This document shows, piece by piece, positions 10,242 through 19,290 of a stretch of 64,000 nucleotides of DNA. The first letter of the stretch is position 1, and each line of letters opens with the position of its first letter. The position numbers and the translations under genes are program-made. Origin of the DNA: Candidatus Tayloriibacteriota bacterium (GTDB lineage Bacteria; Patescibacteriota; Minisyncoccia; Phycocordibacterales; UBA10002); contig SIBZ01000001.1 in assembly GCA_009694955.1 (NCBI GenBank), positions 63 to 64,062 on the forward strand, in the 5' to 3' direction. The notes beneath the pieces were generated by a model, which worked only from the letters and a program-made list of their open reading frames with translations, ran no database searches and was not told the DNA's origin.

Positions 10242-10997
10242 ATGGCTTCTAAGCATATACAAAGTCCACAGCCTGGGTTTTTGGATAATCCAGAAAGCCG
10301 TCTCTCGCTCCGAATCAATAAGGTGCTCGCACTCGTTACGATATTGTCTATACTCGGCTTTGTACTTGAAACCGTTCCTTCGCTCGCATCTTACCACACC
10401 ATTTTCGCCGTAGTTGAATACACCGTGGCCGCGATTTTCACGGTCGAATACGTTATACGACTTGTGACGGAACAAAAACGCTGGAACTATATCTTCAGTT
10501 TCTACGGTCTCGTGGATATTGCCGCCATTCTGCCGACCTATTTGGGACTTGGCAATCTTACTCCGCTGAAAGCGGCGCGAGCAATTCGGATTCTTCGCTT
10601 TCTGCGACTCTTGCGACTCTTAAAGATAACACGCATGCATGGGATGCGTCAGCATACGGACGTTGATAGCGTCTACAAGCTCAACATCCAGATTTATTTG
10701 GTCGCGGTCTTTACATCTCTCGTCATGTTGGGGAGCGCCCTATATCTCTCCGAGCGCACCCAGTCTGCGTTCGCATCTATTCCCGCAAGTATGTTCTGGG
10801 TAACGCACATCATTCTCGGTGGCGAACCGTTCGCTTCGCCGCAGACCGGATTCGGCATGGGGGTTGAACTCCTCGTGCGTTTCGTCGGCCTTATCCTCTT
10901 TGGCTTCTTGATTCACATCGTCGGTTCTTTCGTCAACAGCGTGCTTCTCGGAACAAAAGTAGACAAAAGTTCATCTGTTCGAGGAGAAGAGGCATAA
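10242..10997 (+). CDS. Ion-transport (6TM voltage-gated-channel-like) protein lacking the TVGYG filter
   Basis: FTVEY..R, FYGLVDIAAILP, S4 helix RAIRILRFLRLLRLLK; pore region SIPASMFWVTHIILGGEP. Confidence 0.8.
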   Translation: MASKHIQSPQPGFLDNPESRLSLRINKVLALVTILSILGFVLETVPSLASYHTIFAVVEYTVAAIFTVEYVIRLVTEQKRWNYIFSFYGLVDIAAILPTYLGLGNLTPLKAARAIRILRFLRLLRLLKITRMHGMRQHTDVDSVYKLNIQIYLVAVFTSLVMLGSALYLSERTQSAFASIPASMFWVTHIILGGEPFASPQTGFGMGVELLVRFVGLILFGFLIHIVGSFVNSVLLGTKVDKSSSVRGEEA

Positions 10998-11004
10998 CCG
11001 AGAA

Positions 11005-12948
11005 CTACTCAAAAAAGATTATCTTCCCTCCTCCTTCCAGATAATTCTCCGCCTGCAGAAACTCCTCATCAATGTCAAAAATAAACTCGGACGGAACGGT
11101 GACTTGCCGAGAGCCAAAGATGGTACGCACTCCCGCGTACGAGAGAAATACTTTTTTCTTCGCCCGCGTGACTGCCACGTAGAACAGTCGGCGCTCTTCT
11201 TCAGAGGAGTCTTCGTTCTTTGTTTCGTTCATACGCTCGTGCGGGAACAGTCCCTCTTCAAGGCCGGCAATAAATACGTACTCAAATTCAAGCCCTTTTG
11301 ACGCATGCACCGTCATCAGGCGTACTGCCGGTTTTTCGTCTTTCAGCTCATCTTGGTCGCTCTGGAGAGCGACATCGGACAGGAATGCATCCACAGCGGA
11401 CAGGCGGTCCGTTTTCGCGTCATACCTCGTCGCAAACGTGACCAGTTCCTTGATGTTTTCGAGACGCTCTTCGTCTTCGGAACCTCCCTTTTTCAATTCC
11501 GCTTCAATTCCACTCGTACTTACAATCCATTTGATGGCCTCGGAAAGTGGGAGACTCGAGAGCTTCTGCCGGAGCTCGAGGAGGAGTTTCTTAAACGCGG
11601 AGAATTTCTCGCGCATCGCCGGCGGGAGCTCCCCTTCCTTCCCCGCGAATATTTTAAGAAGCGTCACTTTGCCGATACCGCGCGCCGGCACATTGATAAT
11701 CCTCCGAAGGTCGCCGATACTTTCCGGATTTTCGGCTGCGCGGACATAGGAGAGCACGTCCTTGACCTCTCTGCGTTCGAAAAACCGCACGCCAAGCACT
11801 TGATAGGACACTTCTTCGCGAAGAAACGCTTCTTCAAGTACCCGGCTCTGGAAATTTGCGCGGAAAAGTACCGCGATTTCAGCGGGAGAAACCCCTTCCC
11901 CGATAAGCTGTTTGGAGCGCTGTGCGATGAACGACGCTTCTTGGACTTCATCATAACCGGTAAAGAGTCCCACTTTCTCGCCTTCGCCGTTTTTGGTGAA
12001 CAGTGTCTTCTCCCTGCGCATCTTGTTTTTCTCAATGATGCGGTTGGCGACAGTGAGAATGGTTTGTGTCGAGCGGTAATTTTCTTCAAGCAACACTATT
12101 TTCGAATTCGGATAATCCTTCTCGAAATTAAGAATGTTCTTGATGCTTGCTCCGCGCCAGCTGTAAATATTTTGGTCAATATCCCCCACAACCGCGATAT
12201 TTTTGTGTGCTTCGGCGAGGAGCTTCGTAAGCATATACTGCACATGGTTCGTGTCCTGATACTCGTCAATGTGGATGTAGCGCCACAGTTTTTGGTAGTG
12301 TGCGCGGACGGCACCTTCCTTTTCGAGAAGAATGGCGGTTTTGAGTAAGAGGTCGTCAAAGTCGAGCGCCTTCTCCTTTTTCAGGAACGCTTCATATTTT
12401 TCCCACACCTCCCCGACTATCTGAGGATAGTATTCCCCCTCCGAACGCTCCTTAAACTTCGCGAGTTCGACCATCTTCCCTTTCTCCCTGCTGATTGCTC
12501 CAAGGATTTTTCCTGGCTCGAACTGCTTCGGGTCAAGGTCGGTTTCTTTGAGCGCCTCTTTGACGGCACTTATGGAGTCGCTTCGGTCAAAAATGGTAAA
12601 ACGCTTTGAAAGGCCGAGACGTTCGCTGTTTTCCCGCAGGATGTGTACGCCAAGAGAATGAAAAGTGCCGAGCCATGGGTATGTCGGAAGGACTGGGTGG
12701 TCCGGAGAAAGGGAACGGTCACTCGCCACGAGAGCGTGCACCCGCTCGCGCATTTCTTTTGCCGCTTTATTGGTGAAGGTAATGGCGAGAATGGATTCTG
12801 GAGGAACCCCTTTCTTAATGAGATGCAAAATCCGGTGCGTAATGACACGCGTCTTCCCCGCTCCGGCACCCGCGACGATAAGTAAGGGGCCTTCGGTGTG
12901 CTCAACAGCCTCCTTTTGTCGGGAATTGAGTCCGTGTAGATACTCCAT
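11005..12948 (-). CDS. pcrA: UvrD/PcrA ATP-dependent DNA helicase
   Basis: AGAGAGKT, IDEYQDTN, LEENYRST, MTVHASKGLEF, EERRLFYVAVTRA; start placed at MEYL because the upstream codons belong to a repeat. Confidence 0.95.
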   Translation of the reverse strand: MEYLHGLNSRQKEAVEHTEGPLLIVAGAGAGKTRVITHRILHLIKKGVPPESILAITFTNKAAKEMRERVHALVASDRSLSPDHPVLPTYPWLGTFHSLGVHILRENSERLGLSKRFTIFDRSDSISAVKEALKETDLDPKQFEPGKILGAISREKGKMVELAKFKERSEGEYYPQIVGEVWEKYEAFLKKEKALDFDDLLLKTAILLEKEGAVRAHYQKLWRYIHIDEYQDTNHVQYMLTKLLAEAHKNIAVVGDIDQNIYSWRGASIKNILNFEKDYPNSKIVLLEENYRSTQTILTVANRIIEKNKMRREKTLFTKNGEGEKVGLFTGYDEVQEASFIAQRSKQLIGEGVSPAEIAVLFRANFQSRVLEEAFLREEVSYQVLGVRFFERREVKDVLSYVRAAENPESIGDLRRIINVPARGIGKVTLLKIFAGKEGELPPAMREKFSAFKKLLLELRQKLSSLPLSEAIKWIVSTSGIEAELKKGGSEDEERLENIKELVTFATRYDAKTDRLSAVDAFLSDVALQSDQDELKDEKPAVRLMTVHASKGLEFEYVFIAGLEEGLFPHERMNETKNEDSSEEERRLFYVAVTRAKKKVFLSYAGVRTIFGSRQVTVPSEFIFDIDEEFLQAENYLEGGGKIIFFE

Positions 12949-13066
12949 CCCGTTAGAAGCAGGACACGGACACACGATATTGTCCGCATTCACCACTTAG
13001 TATATTACTGACTAATATTTTCATATGCTCGCTCTTTTTGTGTACGTGTCCGCGACTTCTAACGGG
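12949..13066. repeat. MITE-like element with CCCGTTAGAAG...CTTCTAACGGG termini
   Basis: 11-bp terminal inverted repeats plus inner ggacacg/cgtgtcc; abuts the pcrA ATG. Confidence 0.75.
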
Positions 13067-13099
13067 ACCATAGCGTGAACACTATAGCACGCATGAAGC

Positions 13100-13151
13100 A
13101 GTAAGTAGAAAGTAGTATGTAGTAAGTAGAAAGTAGTATGTAGTAAGTAGA
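13100..13151. repeat. 21-bp tandem repeat x2.5
   Basis: agtaagtagaaagtagtatgt at 13100 and 13121, partial at 13142. Confidence 0.9.
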
Positions 13152-13238
13152 TTACAATTTAAATCCCGTTTTTTAGTCTTCACTACGTACTACTTTCTAC
13201 GAGCCACATACTGCTTTTGGGTTGCCCCACTTGTTTGA

Positions 13239-13352
13239 TCGACCCCGTTAGAAGTCTGTAAGAATCTCCTCTTGCTTTTCAGCAAGGACCCTCACATTTT
13301 TATAGTAGATTTTGATTTTTCCGTTATCCACAGTGACTTCTAACGAGGTTGA
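13239..13352. repeat. Second CCCGTTAGAAG-family MITE-like element
   Basis: tcgaccccgttagaagtc ... gacttctaacgaggttga (18-bp inverted repeat, 2 mismatches); contains ttatccaca at 13324. Confidence 0.75.
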
Positions 13353-13377
13353 CTTTCGAGGGTTTTTCAGCTACTGT
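13349..13377 (+). promoter_or_regulatory. Sigma70-type promoter
   Basis: TTGACT-17 bp-TACTGT. Confidence 0.55.
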
Positions 13378-13382
13378 TAAAG

Positions 13383-13549
13383 GGTCCTGGAAGACTGGGA
13401 GACAGACGAAAATGGCCTAGCAAGGCCGTTTTTAACGGAAGGCACGACAGTGACGATAACCGAGAGCAGAGCTTTGTAAGCAATCTAACCAGTGCCTATA
13501 CCATAATCACGGAAACCCATGTAACACCTCGTCGGGTTTCTGTCATTTT
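13383..13549 (+). ncRNA. Candidate structured leader/ncRNA upstream of the LysM-M23 gene
   Basis: Starts at the predicted TSS; stems gtc/gac, ctg/cag, aaaatggcct/aggccgtttt, aggcac/gtgcct, cggaaaccc/gggtttctg. Confidence 0.4.
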
Positions 13550-13689
13550 GATAGCACGTTTGATTTCTCAGGAGTTCTCCTTTCGGCCTTTCTTTTATAA
13601 CGATACACACTCACAACTCACACTCCAGAACCTCCTTCTCCCGCCGAGTCGTTGTTAAAACGGCCAAGTACAGCGCTCATACTATAGCG

Positions 13690-14679
13690 TTGCTTTTGGT
13701 GTTCTCTTTCTTTTTGGCACCTATCGAAGCACACGCGGGCGTCTTTTCGTTTGTCGCCGGCCTGTTCACCGAAGAAGCCAAAGCGGAAAACACCTCCTCC
13801 CCCGTCAACTCCCAGAATGTCGGACTGCTTGAAGCTGTTCGCAATCCCGACCCTAATGCCGCAAAAGGCGGGGGTGATATTACCGTTGTCGGGGGTGTGG
13901 CGCTTCTTGCGGAAGCTGGTCCCGAAGGCACGCTCGCCAACATCGAAGAAAACCAGAGTTCCGCCATCAGTTTGTACATCGTGCGCGAGGGCGACACGCT
14001 GGGGGCTATCGCCAAGATGTTCGGCGTTACTACGAATACGATTGCGTGGGCAAACGACATTTCACGAGGCGTCATCCGTCCAGGACAGACGCTTATAATT
14101 TTGCCTATTTCCGGAGTCCGGCACACGGTAGCCAAAGGCGACACCATTCAAAGTATCGCCAAGAAGTACAAAGCAGATGTGACCGAGGTTGCGCAGTATA
14201 ACCATCTCACCGAGAGTGCAAAACTTGCTATTGGGGATATTGTGCTTGTGCCGGATGGTGAAATCGCCGCTCCCCCCACTGCGAGCGCGGCAGGACGGCC
14301 AGCGACACTCCACGGTACCAACGGACCGAATCTCGAAGGATACTACCTGCGTCCTCTTATCGGCGGACGCAAGTCGCAGGGTTTGCACGGATACAACGGT
14401 GTTGACCTCGCGAGCTATATGGGTGCCCCGGTTCTCGCCGCGGCGGCGGGTGATGTTATTATCGCTCGTTCATCAGGGTGGAACGGCGGGTACGGAAACT
14501 ATATTGTTATTGCTCACCCGAACGGAACACAAACACTCTACGGCCACCTTTCAGCGCTCGCTGTTACTCCAGGCAAGACCGTTGCGCGCGGGGAAATCAT
14601 CGGCTATCTCGGCAACACGGGGCGTTCGACCGGTCCGCATCTCCACTTTGAAGTTCGCGGAGCTAAGAATCCATTCTGA
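13690..14679 (+). CDS. LysM x2 + M23 metallopeptidase (cell-wall hydrolase)
   Basis: YIVREGDTLGAIA, HTVAKGDTIQSIA, HGYNGVDLA, YGHL, STGPHLHFEV; start uncertain. Confidence 0.93.
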   Translation: MLLVFSFFLAPIEAHAGVFSFVAGLFTEEAKAENTSSPVNSQNVGLLEAVRNPDPNAAKGGGDITVVGGVALLAEAGPEGTLANIEENQSSAISLYIVREGDTLGAIAKMFGVTTNTIAWANDISRGVIRPGQTLIILPISGVRHTVAKGDTIQSIAKKYKADVTEVAQYNHLTESAKLAIGDIVLVPDGEIAAPPTASAAGRPATLHGTNGPNLEGYYLRPLIGGRKSQGLHGYNGVDLASYMGAPVLAAAAGDVIIARSSGWNGGYGNYIVIAHPNGTQTLYGHLSALAVTPGKTVARGEIIGYLGNTGRSTGPHLHFEVRGAKNPF

Positions 14680-14715
14680 AAAATAAGTAGTTAGCAGAAT
14701 GTAGTACGTAGAAAG

Positions 14716-14741
14716 AAAAACCGCGGAAACGCGGTTTTTTT
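14716..14741 (+). terminator. Intrinsic terminator
   Basis: ccgcg-gaaa-cgcgg followed by a T7 run. Confidence 0.75.
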
Positions 14742-14788
14742 GTTTTCTTGACTCATACAGCCATTTCATTATAGCTCCGTCAGAACTC

Positions 14789-15304
14789 ATGTCCGGAAAC
14801 ATTAGTCTTTCGGAGGAAGGAATGATGAAGATAAGTCGTATATGCGGTGGATGCACAGCGTGCTGTAAAACTCACGCTATCGCCGAGCTTCAAAAGCCAG
14901 AAGGCACAGTATGTTCGCACTGTACCGTGGGTACGGGCTGCCGGATATACGCGTCACGTCCCAAATCGTGCAGGACATTTCAGTGCGCGTGGCTCATGGG
15001 CTTTGGTCTTTCAGAGTATCGCCCAGACATGACCGGTATCGTTCCCGATTTTCAACAAACCGCGAAGTTTGGTTTAGTGTTGTGTCTGTGGGAGACGAAT
15101 GAGGATGCGCTGAGCACTGCGTTTGCGATTCGACAGACAAGACTCAATTTTGAACTCGGCAAGCCCGTTCTCCACGTACCGATTCTTGGTACCCCCAAGT
15201 TCTATCTTCCAAGAGGAAAACGAAGGTCTGATGGTTCCATTATTCTTGATGGAACTAAGGTCAAGCTCGTTGAGGTAGTGGAGTTTGTTGAAGGAAGATT
15301 CTAA
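14789..15304 (+). CDS. YkgJ-like cysteine-cluster (CxxCxxCC) protein
   Basis: CGGCTACCK...CSHC...CRIYASRPKSCRTFQCAWL. Confidence 0.8.
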   Translation: MSGNISLSEEGMMKISRICGGCTACCKTHAIAELQKPEGTVCSHCTVGTGCRIYASRPKSCRTFQCAWLMGFGLSEYRPDMTGIVPDFQQTAKFGLVLCLWETNEDALSTAFAIRQTRLNFELGKPVLHVPILGTPKFYLPRGKRRSDGSIILDGTKVKLVEVVEFVEGRF

Positions 15305-15394
15305 GCCGCCTAGTAACTCTTTGTGAATGGCGGTTTTTTTGTACATAAATCGAGGTCCGCGCACTCCGCAGACCTCGCACAGCACTGTTTCAGT

Positions 15395-15790
15395 TTAATT
15401 GCCGACTCGTCCGAGCCAGCTTGCTCTCCCTGCACGGGCGAGGTCGGTGAGCATAAAGCAAATGGCGTTTCGAACGATGTCCGCTGCCCGCCCATCTTCT
15501 TTGTGTCCGTTTCTCCGTTCAAAACTCTCATCAACCCGAGGTATTTTCCTCTTTCCGGCGACCCGGGGCGGAGTGTAGTCGAGCCGGTAGACGCAAATCC
15601 TATGTTTCCCTCTGTGGACCAGGAAATGGCACAGCTCTTTTTCTTTCGGCAGAGTGAAACCGCGCTTTACTTTGACGCGGACTTCGCGCAGGGTGAATGT
15701 GGTTGCGCCGATGTGCAGACGCCTCTTTTTCAGTAGTTTTGAGGGTGGTCCGGAAAGGCCGATGCGAATCTCAATTCTCGGTTTCTTCAC
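15395..15790 (-). CDS. Basic hypothetical protein
   Basis: GTG at 15790 preceded by AAGGGA; no family recognised. Confidence 0.4.
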   Translation of the reverse strand: MKKPRIEIRIGLSGPPSKLLKKRRLHIGATTFTLREVRVKVKRGFTLPKEKELCHFLVHRGKHRICVYRLDYTPPRVAGKRKIPRVDESFERRNGHKEDGRAADIVRNAICFMLTDLARAGRASWLGRVGN

Positions 15791-15957
15791 TGGCTTATCC
15801 CTTGGTTGAGGGTGGAACTGTTGTTTGGAACCATCATACGCCTTTCGTTGCAAAGGGTAAAACAGAGAGAGGTGCTTATCCGTGTCGAGTTTGACTTGTT
15901 TCAACTTTTATGTCAGTGTTCTCGCAAACGAACAGTTCACCCAAAATAAATTAGACT

Positions 15958-16593
15958 ATGAATGATATCTCCCTCTTCTCGCAGTTCTGGAACATTGCGG
16001 TCCTCCACATCGGAGTAGTCATGTGGCCCGGACCCAATCTCACTTTGGTGGCAAAAAATAGCGTCACTCTACAGCTTCGGTTCGCTCTCTACTGCACGCT
16101 CGGAATCGCAATCGGAACCATTGCTCATGTGAGTCTGGCTCTTGTGGGAGTCAGCGGAATCGTCGCAGCTTCACCGGTTATGTATAGGGTTCTTCAGGTT
16201 ATCGGTGCTGGCTATCTCATCTATGTAGGCACGAAAGCGATTAGAGCAATGCCCTACCGGTTGGAAGAGGAGGTCGGGGCTGCTAAGCAAACACGCACGG
16301 CCCATGGCGCCTTCAGGGAGGGTTTCACCAACCAGATGACGAATCCAAAATCATACTTCTTTTTCTTCACCCTCTTCACCCAGGTGGTGGGGGAAACTCC
16401 CGTCGGCATAAAAGTGCTCTACGGTCTATGGATGGCGACCATAACGTTTCTGTGGTTCGCTTTTGTGACCGTCACGCTTTCGAATCCGCTAGTGAAGAAG
16501 AGATTCAGTGCGAGCATTCACTATGTGGCGCGAGCGGCCGGAGTGTTCCTGATTGGTTTTGGGATATGGATACTCCGCTCGGCCTTTCGGTAG
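15958..16593 (+). CDS. LysE/RhtB family amino-acid exporter
   Basis: PGPN, GAGYLIYVG, FREGFTNQMTNPKS, six TM helices. Confidence 0.9.
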   Translation: MNDISLFSQFWNIAVLHIGVVMWPGPNLTLVAKNSVTLQLRFALYCTLGIAIGTIAHVSLALVGVSGIVAASPVMYRVLQVIGAGYLIYVGTKAIRAMPYRLEEEVGAAKQTRTAHGAFREGFTNQMTNPKSYFFFFTLFTQVVGETPVGIKVLYGLWMATITFLWFAFVTVTLSNPLVKKRFSASIHYVARAAGVFLIGFGIWILRSAFR

Positions 16594-16684
16594 CCGGACG
16601 TCATTCAAACCCCGGCACTCTCAGCCGCCCCGATGGTACATTGGGGCGGTTTTTCTTATCCATATTCCAAGTGCTCATTACTAG

Positions 16685-16875
16685 CTACGAGTTCTGCAGC
16701 TGCTTCGGACGATACTGTAGGGCTTCCATGAGGTCACCGGTGGTGATCTCATCATGACCCTCCAGATCAGCAACGGTACGTGCGAGTTTGATGAGTCGGT
16801 GATAGGATCGGGCCGAGAGGTCCAGCTTCTTCGCGGAGAGGTTGAGCGCCGCTTTCACCTCATCGGAGAGCGGAA
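16685..16875 (-). pseudogene. Orphan diverged copy of the comM/YifB 3' end
   Basis: PLSDEVKAALNLSAKKLDLSARSYHRLIKLARTVADLEGHDEITTGDLMEALQYRPKQLQNS matches the C-terminus of 19291..20865. Confidence 0.9.
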
Positions 16876-16987
16876 ACTCCGTGTCGGCGATTATCGCGTC
16901 ATTTTCAAGATAACGGGTACAGAAGTACGTGTACTCATCATCGGCCATCGGCGGGATGTCTATACTTTTTTGGATAAGCGGATGTAA
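16871..16987 (+). pseudogene. RelE/ParE toxin 3' fragment
   Basis: RKLRVGDYRVIFKI...VLIIGHRRDVY; 5' half missing. Confidence 0.8.
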
Positions 16988-16998
16988 CGCATTATCGG

Positions 16999-17826
16999 TT
17001 AGAATTTTTCACCGAAGAATTGTTCAAATTTTCTGCGGAGCTGAGCTGCTTTTCTTGTATGGTGCTCAAGCGTTATCTTGGCCGGTTTTGAATCGGTGAA
17101 GAGGGTGATTGCTTTTTGTATAAGTGTTGGGCTGAACGAGGAAGTGGTGCGATACAGCTCCTCGATCTGTTCTAGCGTAGTCGGATGTAAAGTGACGGTC
17201 AGAACATAGTCGCCGATGATATTTTTGTACGCAGTATTTTTCCCATGAAAAGGGCTTTTGCCGAAGGAGTACGTAACCGTTTCTTTCGATAAGAACGAAG
17301 TAGCCGCCCAAGTATCGAGAAAGGATTTGCTTCCGATGATCACATAGAGTTTCCTCCCTGCTTGCGAGAGCGCATTGATATATTGTTTCTCCTGTTTCGT
17401 TTGAACCAAGTGGAACCACAAGTGCGGGTTCCAGCCGAGCAGCTTTTTCCGATCCGGTCCGGAAGAGAGGATGAGAAGCAGATGGGACCACAGCTCATTA
17501 AGACGCAGGAGATTCGTGAATTTCCACGAGCGCTTCTGCCCGCGGTCGGGGATAAGGTGTTCGTGTGTCGCATCCAGGTACATTTTTGACAGAGAATCGG
17601 TAAACGAAAAGAGCGAGAGCACCCAGGCCATCTGCAGGCTGTACTGTTTTTTGAATTTTACAAGTGCACCCTCTCTTTGCAGTGCCCGCAATGCTTTATA
17701 CACTCCCTGAATACTCGGGGGTTTCCTGCCAAGATGCATGCGGATCTCCCCTGCGATAAGTGGGGTCTTTTCACCGAGGAGGCGGATTATCCGCTCTTCA
17801 AGTTGTTCTTTAGTTCCGAAAAGCAT
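16999..17826 (-). CDS. Winged-HTH regulator (TrmB-like architecture)
   Basis: N-terminal HTH (PSIQGVYKALRALQREG), C-terminal KNIIGDYVL and FEQFF resembling a TrmB effector domain; divergent from the cupin. Confidence 0.6.
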   Translation of the reverse strand: MLFGTKEQLEERIIRLLGEKTPLIAGEIRMHLGRKPPSIQGVYKALRALQREGALVKFKKQYSLQMAWVLSLFSFTDSLSKMYLDATHEHLIPDRGQKRSWKFTNLLRLNELWSHLLLILSSGPDRKKLLGWNPHLWFHLVQTKQEKQYINALSQAGRKLYVIIGSKSFLDTWAATSFLSKETVTYSFGKSPFHGKNTAYKNIIGDYVLTVTLHPTTLEQIEELYRTTSSFSPTLIQKAITLFTDSKPAKITLEHHTRKAAQLRRKFEQFFGEKF

Positions 17827-17831
17827 GCCTG

Positions 17832-17856
17832 TATTTTAAACCTTTAGTTTAAAATA
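17832..17856. promoter_or_regulatory. Candidate operator palindrome
   Basis: tattttaaac-cttta-gtttaaaata, 5 bp upstream of the regulator ATG. Confidence 0.5.
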
Positions 17857-17951
17857 TGCAATTTAAGGCCTATTTAGTGGTCATAGATTGTACTACGTGG
17901 TGTACTATACGCAGCAAGCACATTGTCGTGATTGCTAGAAAGGCAAATCTT

Positions 17952-18287
17952 ATGAAAGTTTCCGCTTGTGTCGGTACAACGGTTTCCCGCCTTGCTCCCG
18001 TGGAAGGGCTTCAGTGTTTGCGGGTCGAGGTGGCTCCCCATGGGGAAATTCCTCTCCATCGGCACGACTGTGCCGCGACCATGATAGTGATCGCTGGAAC
18101 GGCTCGAAAGCTTCTGGCAAGTGGTAGGCCGGGCAGGATGGTGAGGGCCGGGGAGGTTGTCGTCAAGCAACCGAGAGAACTTCACGGTTTTGTTGACATC
18201 GGCCCCGAAGGATTTAAGTTTATCTCCCTTTCTTCGGGAGAAGGCATTGTTAAGGGCGAAAGTACATGGGACATAGAGTTCGCCTAA
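17952..18287 (+). CDS. Cupin domain protein
   Basis: IPLHRHDC...AGEVVVKQPRELHGF. Confidence 0.8.
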   Translation: MKVSACVGTTVSRLAPVEGLQCLRVEVAPHGEIPLHRHDCAATMIVIAGTARKLLASGRPGRMVRAGEVVVKQPRELHGFVDIGPEGFKFISLSSGEGIVKGESTWDIEFA

Positions 18288-18326
18288 CGTCAGAGGGTTC
18301 AGCGCTTACGCACTGAACCCTACTTC

Positions 18327-19055
18327 ATGAAAGGAAGTATGAACATGATCAGCGCAGAAGAACTTCAGGTTTTAGAGCAAGCGGCACAGGGCGATCCATC
18401 AAAACTCCATCGGCTGATGGTAAGGAGACAGTTTGGTGAATCCCTGTCCTATGTGGTGGGAAAGGTACGATTCTGCGGTCGAGAATTCTGTGTCGATAGG
18501 CGTGTCTATATTCCAAATGTTGAGACGGAACAACTGGTGCGGTTGTTGCTTCGGGAGATGTCCCCCGCAGCTCGGATCATTGATGTCGGGACGGGTTCCG
18601 GAGCGATAGCGATAACCATACAAAGAGAGTGTCCGAAGTCGATGGTGTATGGGGTGGACATCGACCCGAATGCTCTCGAAGTCGCCCGCGCCAATGCGGC
18701 GAAGCATAAGGCCAAAGTCCGCTTCGTTGAAAGCTATTATCTCGACAATGTTGTATCTCCGGCACCCGACGCTATCATTGCCGATATTCCCTATGGGGAT
18801 CCACACTGTCAGCTTTCGAGCATTGTATGGAATGATTTTGAACAGGTTCCGAGAATCGCCACATTCCATCCCGATGGAAGGCTGACTGCCTATCAGGAAC
18901 TGATAGAGTCTATTGTAAAGAAGAAGTGGCACACAGTCCTCTATATCGAGACCGGTAAGATTTCAAAATCAGAAGTATCTGAGATCATTCCCGTTTCCCA
19001 CAAGTGGAAATATGTAGCTATGAAGGGCTACTCGGTTACGAAAGTATATTTCTAG
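18327..19055 (+). CDS. HemK/PrmC-like SAM methyltransferase
   Basis: RRQFGESLSYVVG, VYIPNVETE, IDVGTGSGAIA; ADIPY in place of NPPY. Confidence 0.85.
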   Translation: MKGSMNMISAEELQVLEQAAQGDPSKLHRLMVRRQFGESLSYVVGKVRFCGREFCVDRRVYIPNVETEQLVRLLLREMSPAARIIDVGTGSGAIAITIQRECPKSMVYGVDIDPNALEVARANAAKHKAKVRFVESYYLDNVVSPAPDAIIADIPYGDPHCQLSSIVWNDFEQVPRIATFHPDGRLTAYQELIESIVKKKWHTVLYIETGKISKSEVSEIIPVSHKWKYVAMKGYSVTKVYF

Positions 19056-19072
19056 AAAACGTCGCCATGGTT

Positions 19073-19252
19073 TTAGTAACCGTGGCGATTTTCTTTATAG
19101 ACGCGAAATCCTATTTTCTGGGGAGGCGTTGTGGGGGGGGAAAGAAGTTTCTTAATAGCATCGAAGACGACTTTGAATTGCTGGTCGTACTTATTCTCCA
19201 TTTTCTCTATCTTTTCTGGAATTATGGATAGCTCGTTGTTTCGAATATTCAT
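19073..19252 (-). pseudogene. Internally deleted ORF6N-family DNA-binding gene (59 codons)
   Basis: MNIRNNELSIIPEKIEKMENKYDQQFKVVFDAIKKLLSPPTTPPQKIGF: typical N- and C-termini with the ORF6N core missing. Confidence 0.6.
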
Positions 19253-19290
19253 GTAATTTTCTTCAACTAACAGCTAGAACCTAAAATCTA

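Noticed and set aside
13100-13151. 21-bp tandem repeat as a functional array (iteron-like)
   Set aside because: Low-complexity AGTA(A/G)GT unit like other junction repeats, only 2.5 copies, and no rep gene.
13383-13549. c-di-AMP (ydaO) riboswitch
   Set aside because: The characteristic GCUGAA..GGGGA and GGGGUGAA motifs are not present.
16685-16948. 87-aa minus ORF and 77-aa plus ORF (16754-16987) as real genes
   Set aside because: Both are chimeras reading across the comM-remnant/relE-remnant junction.
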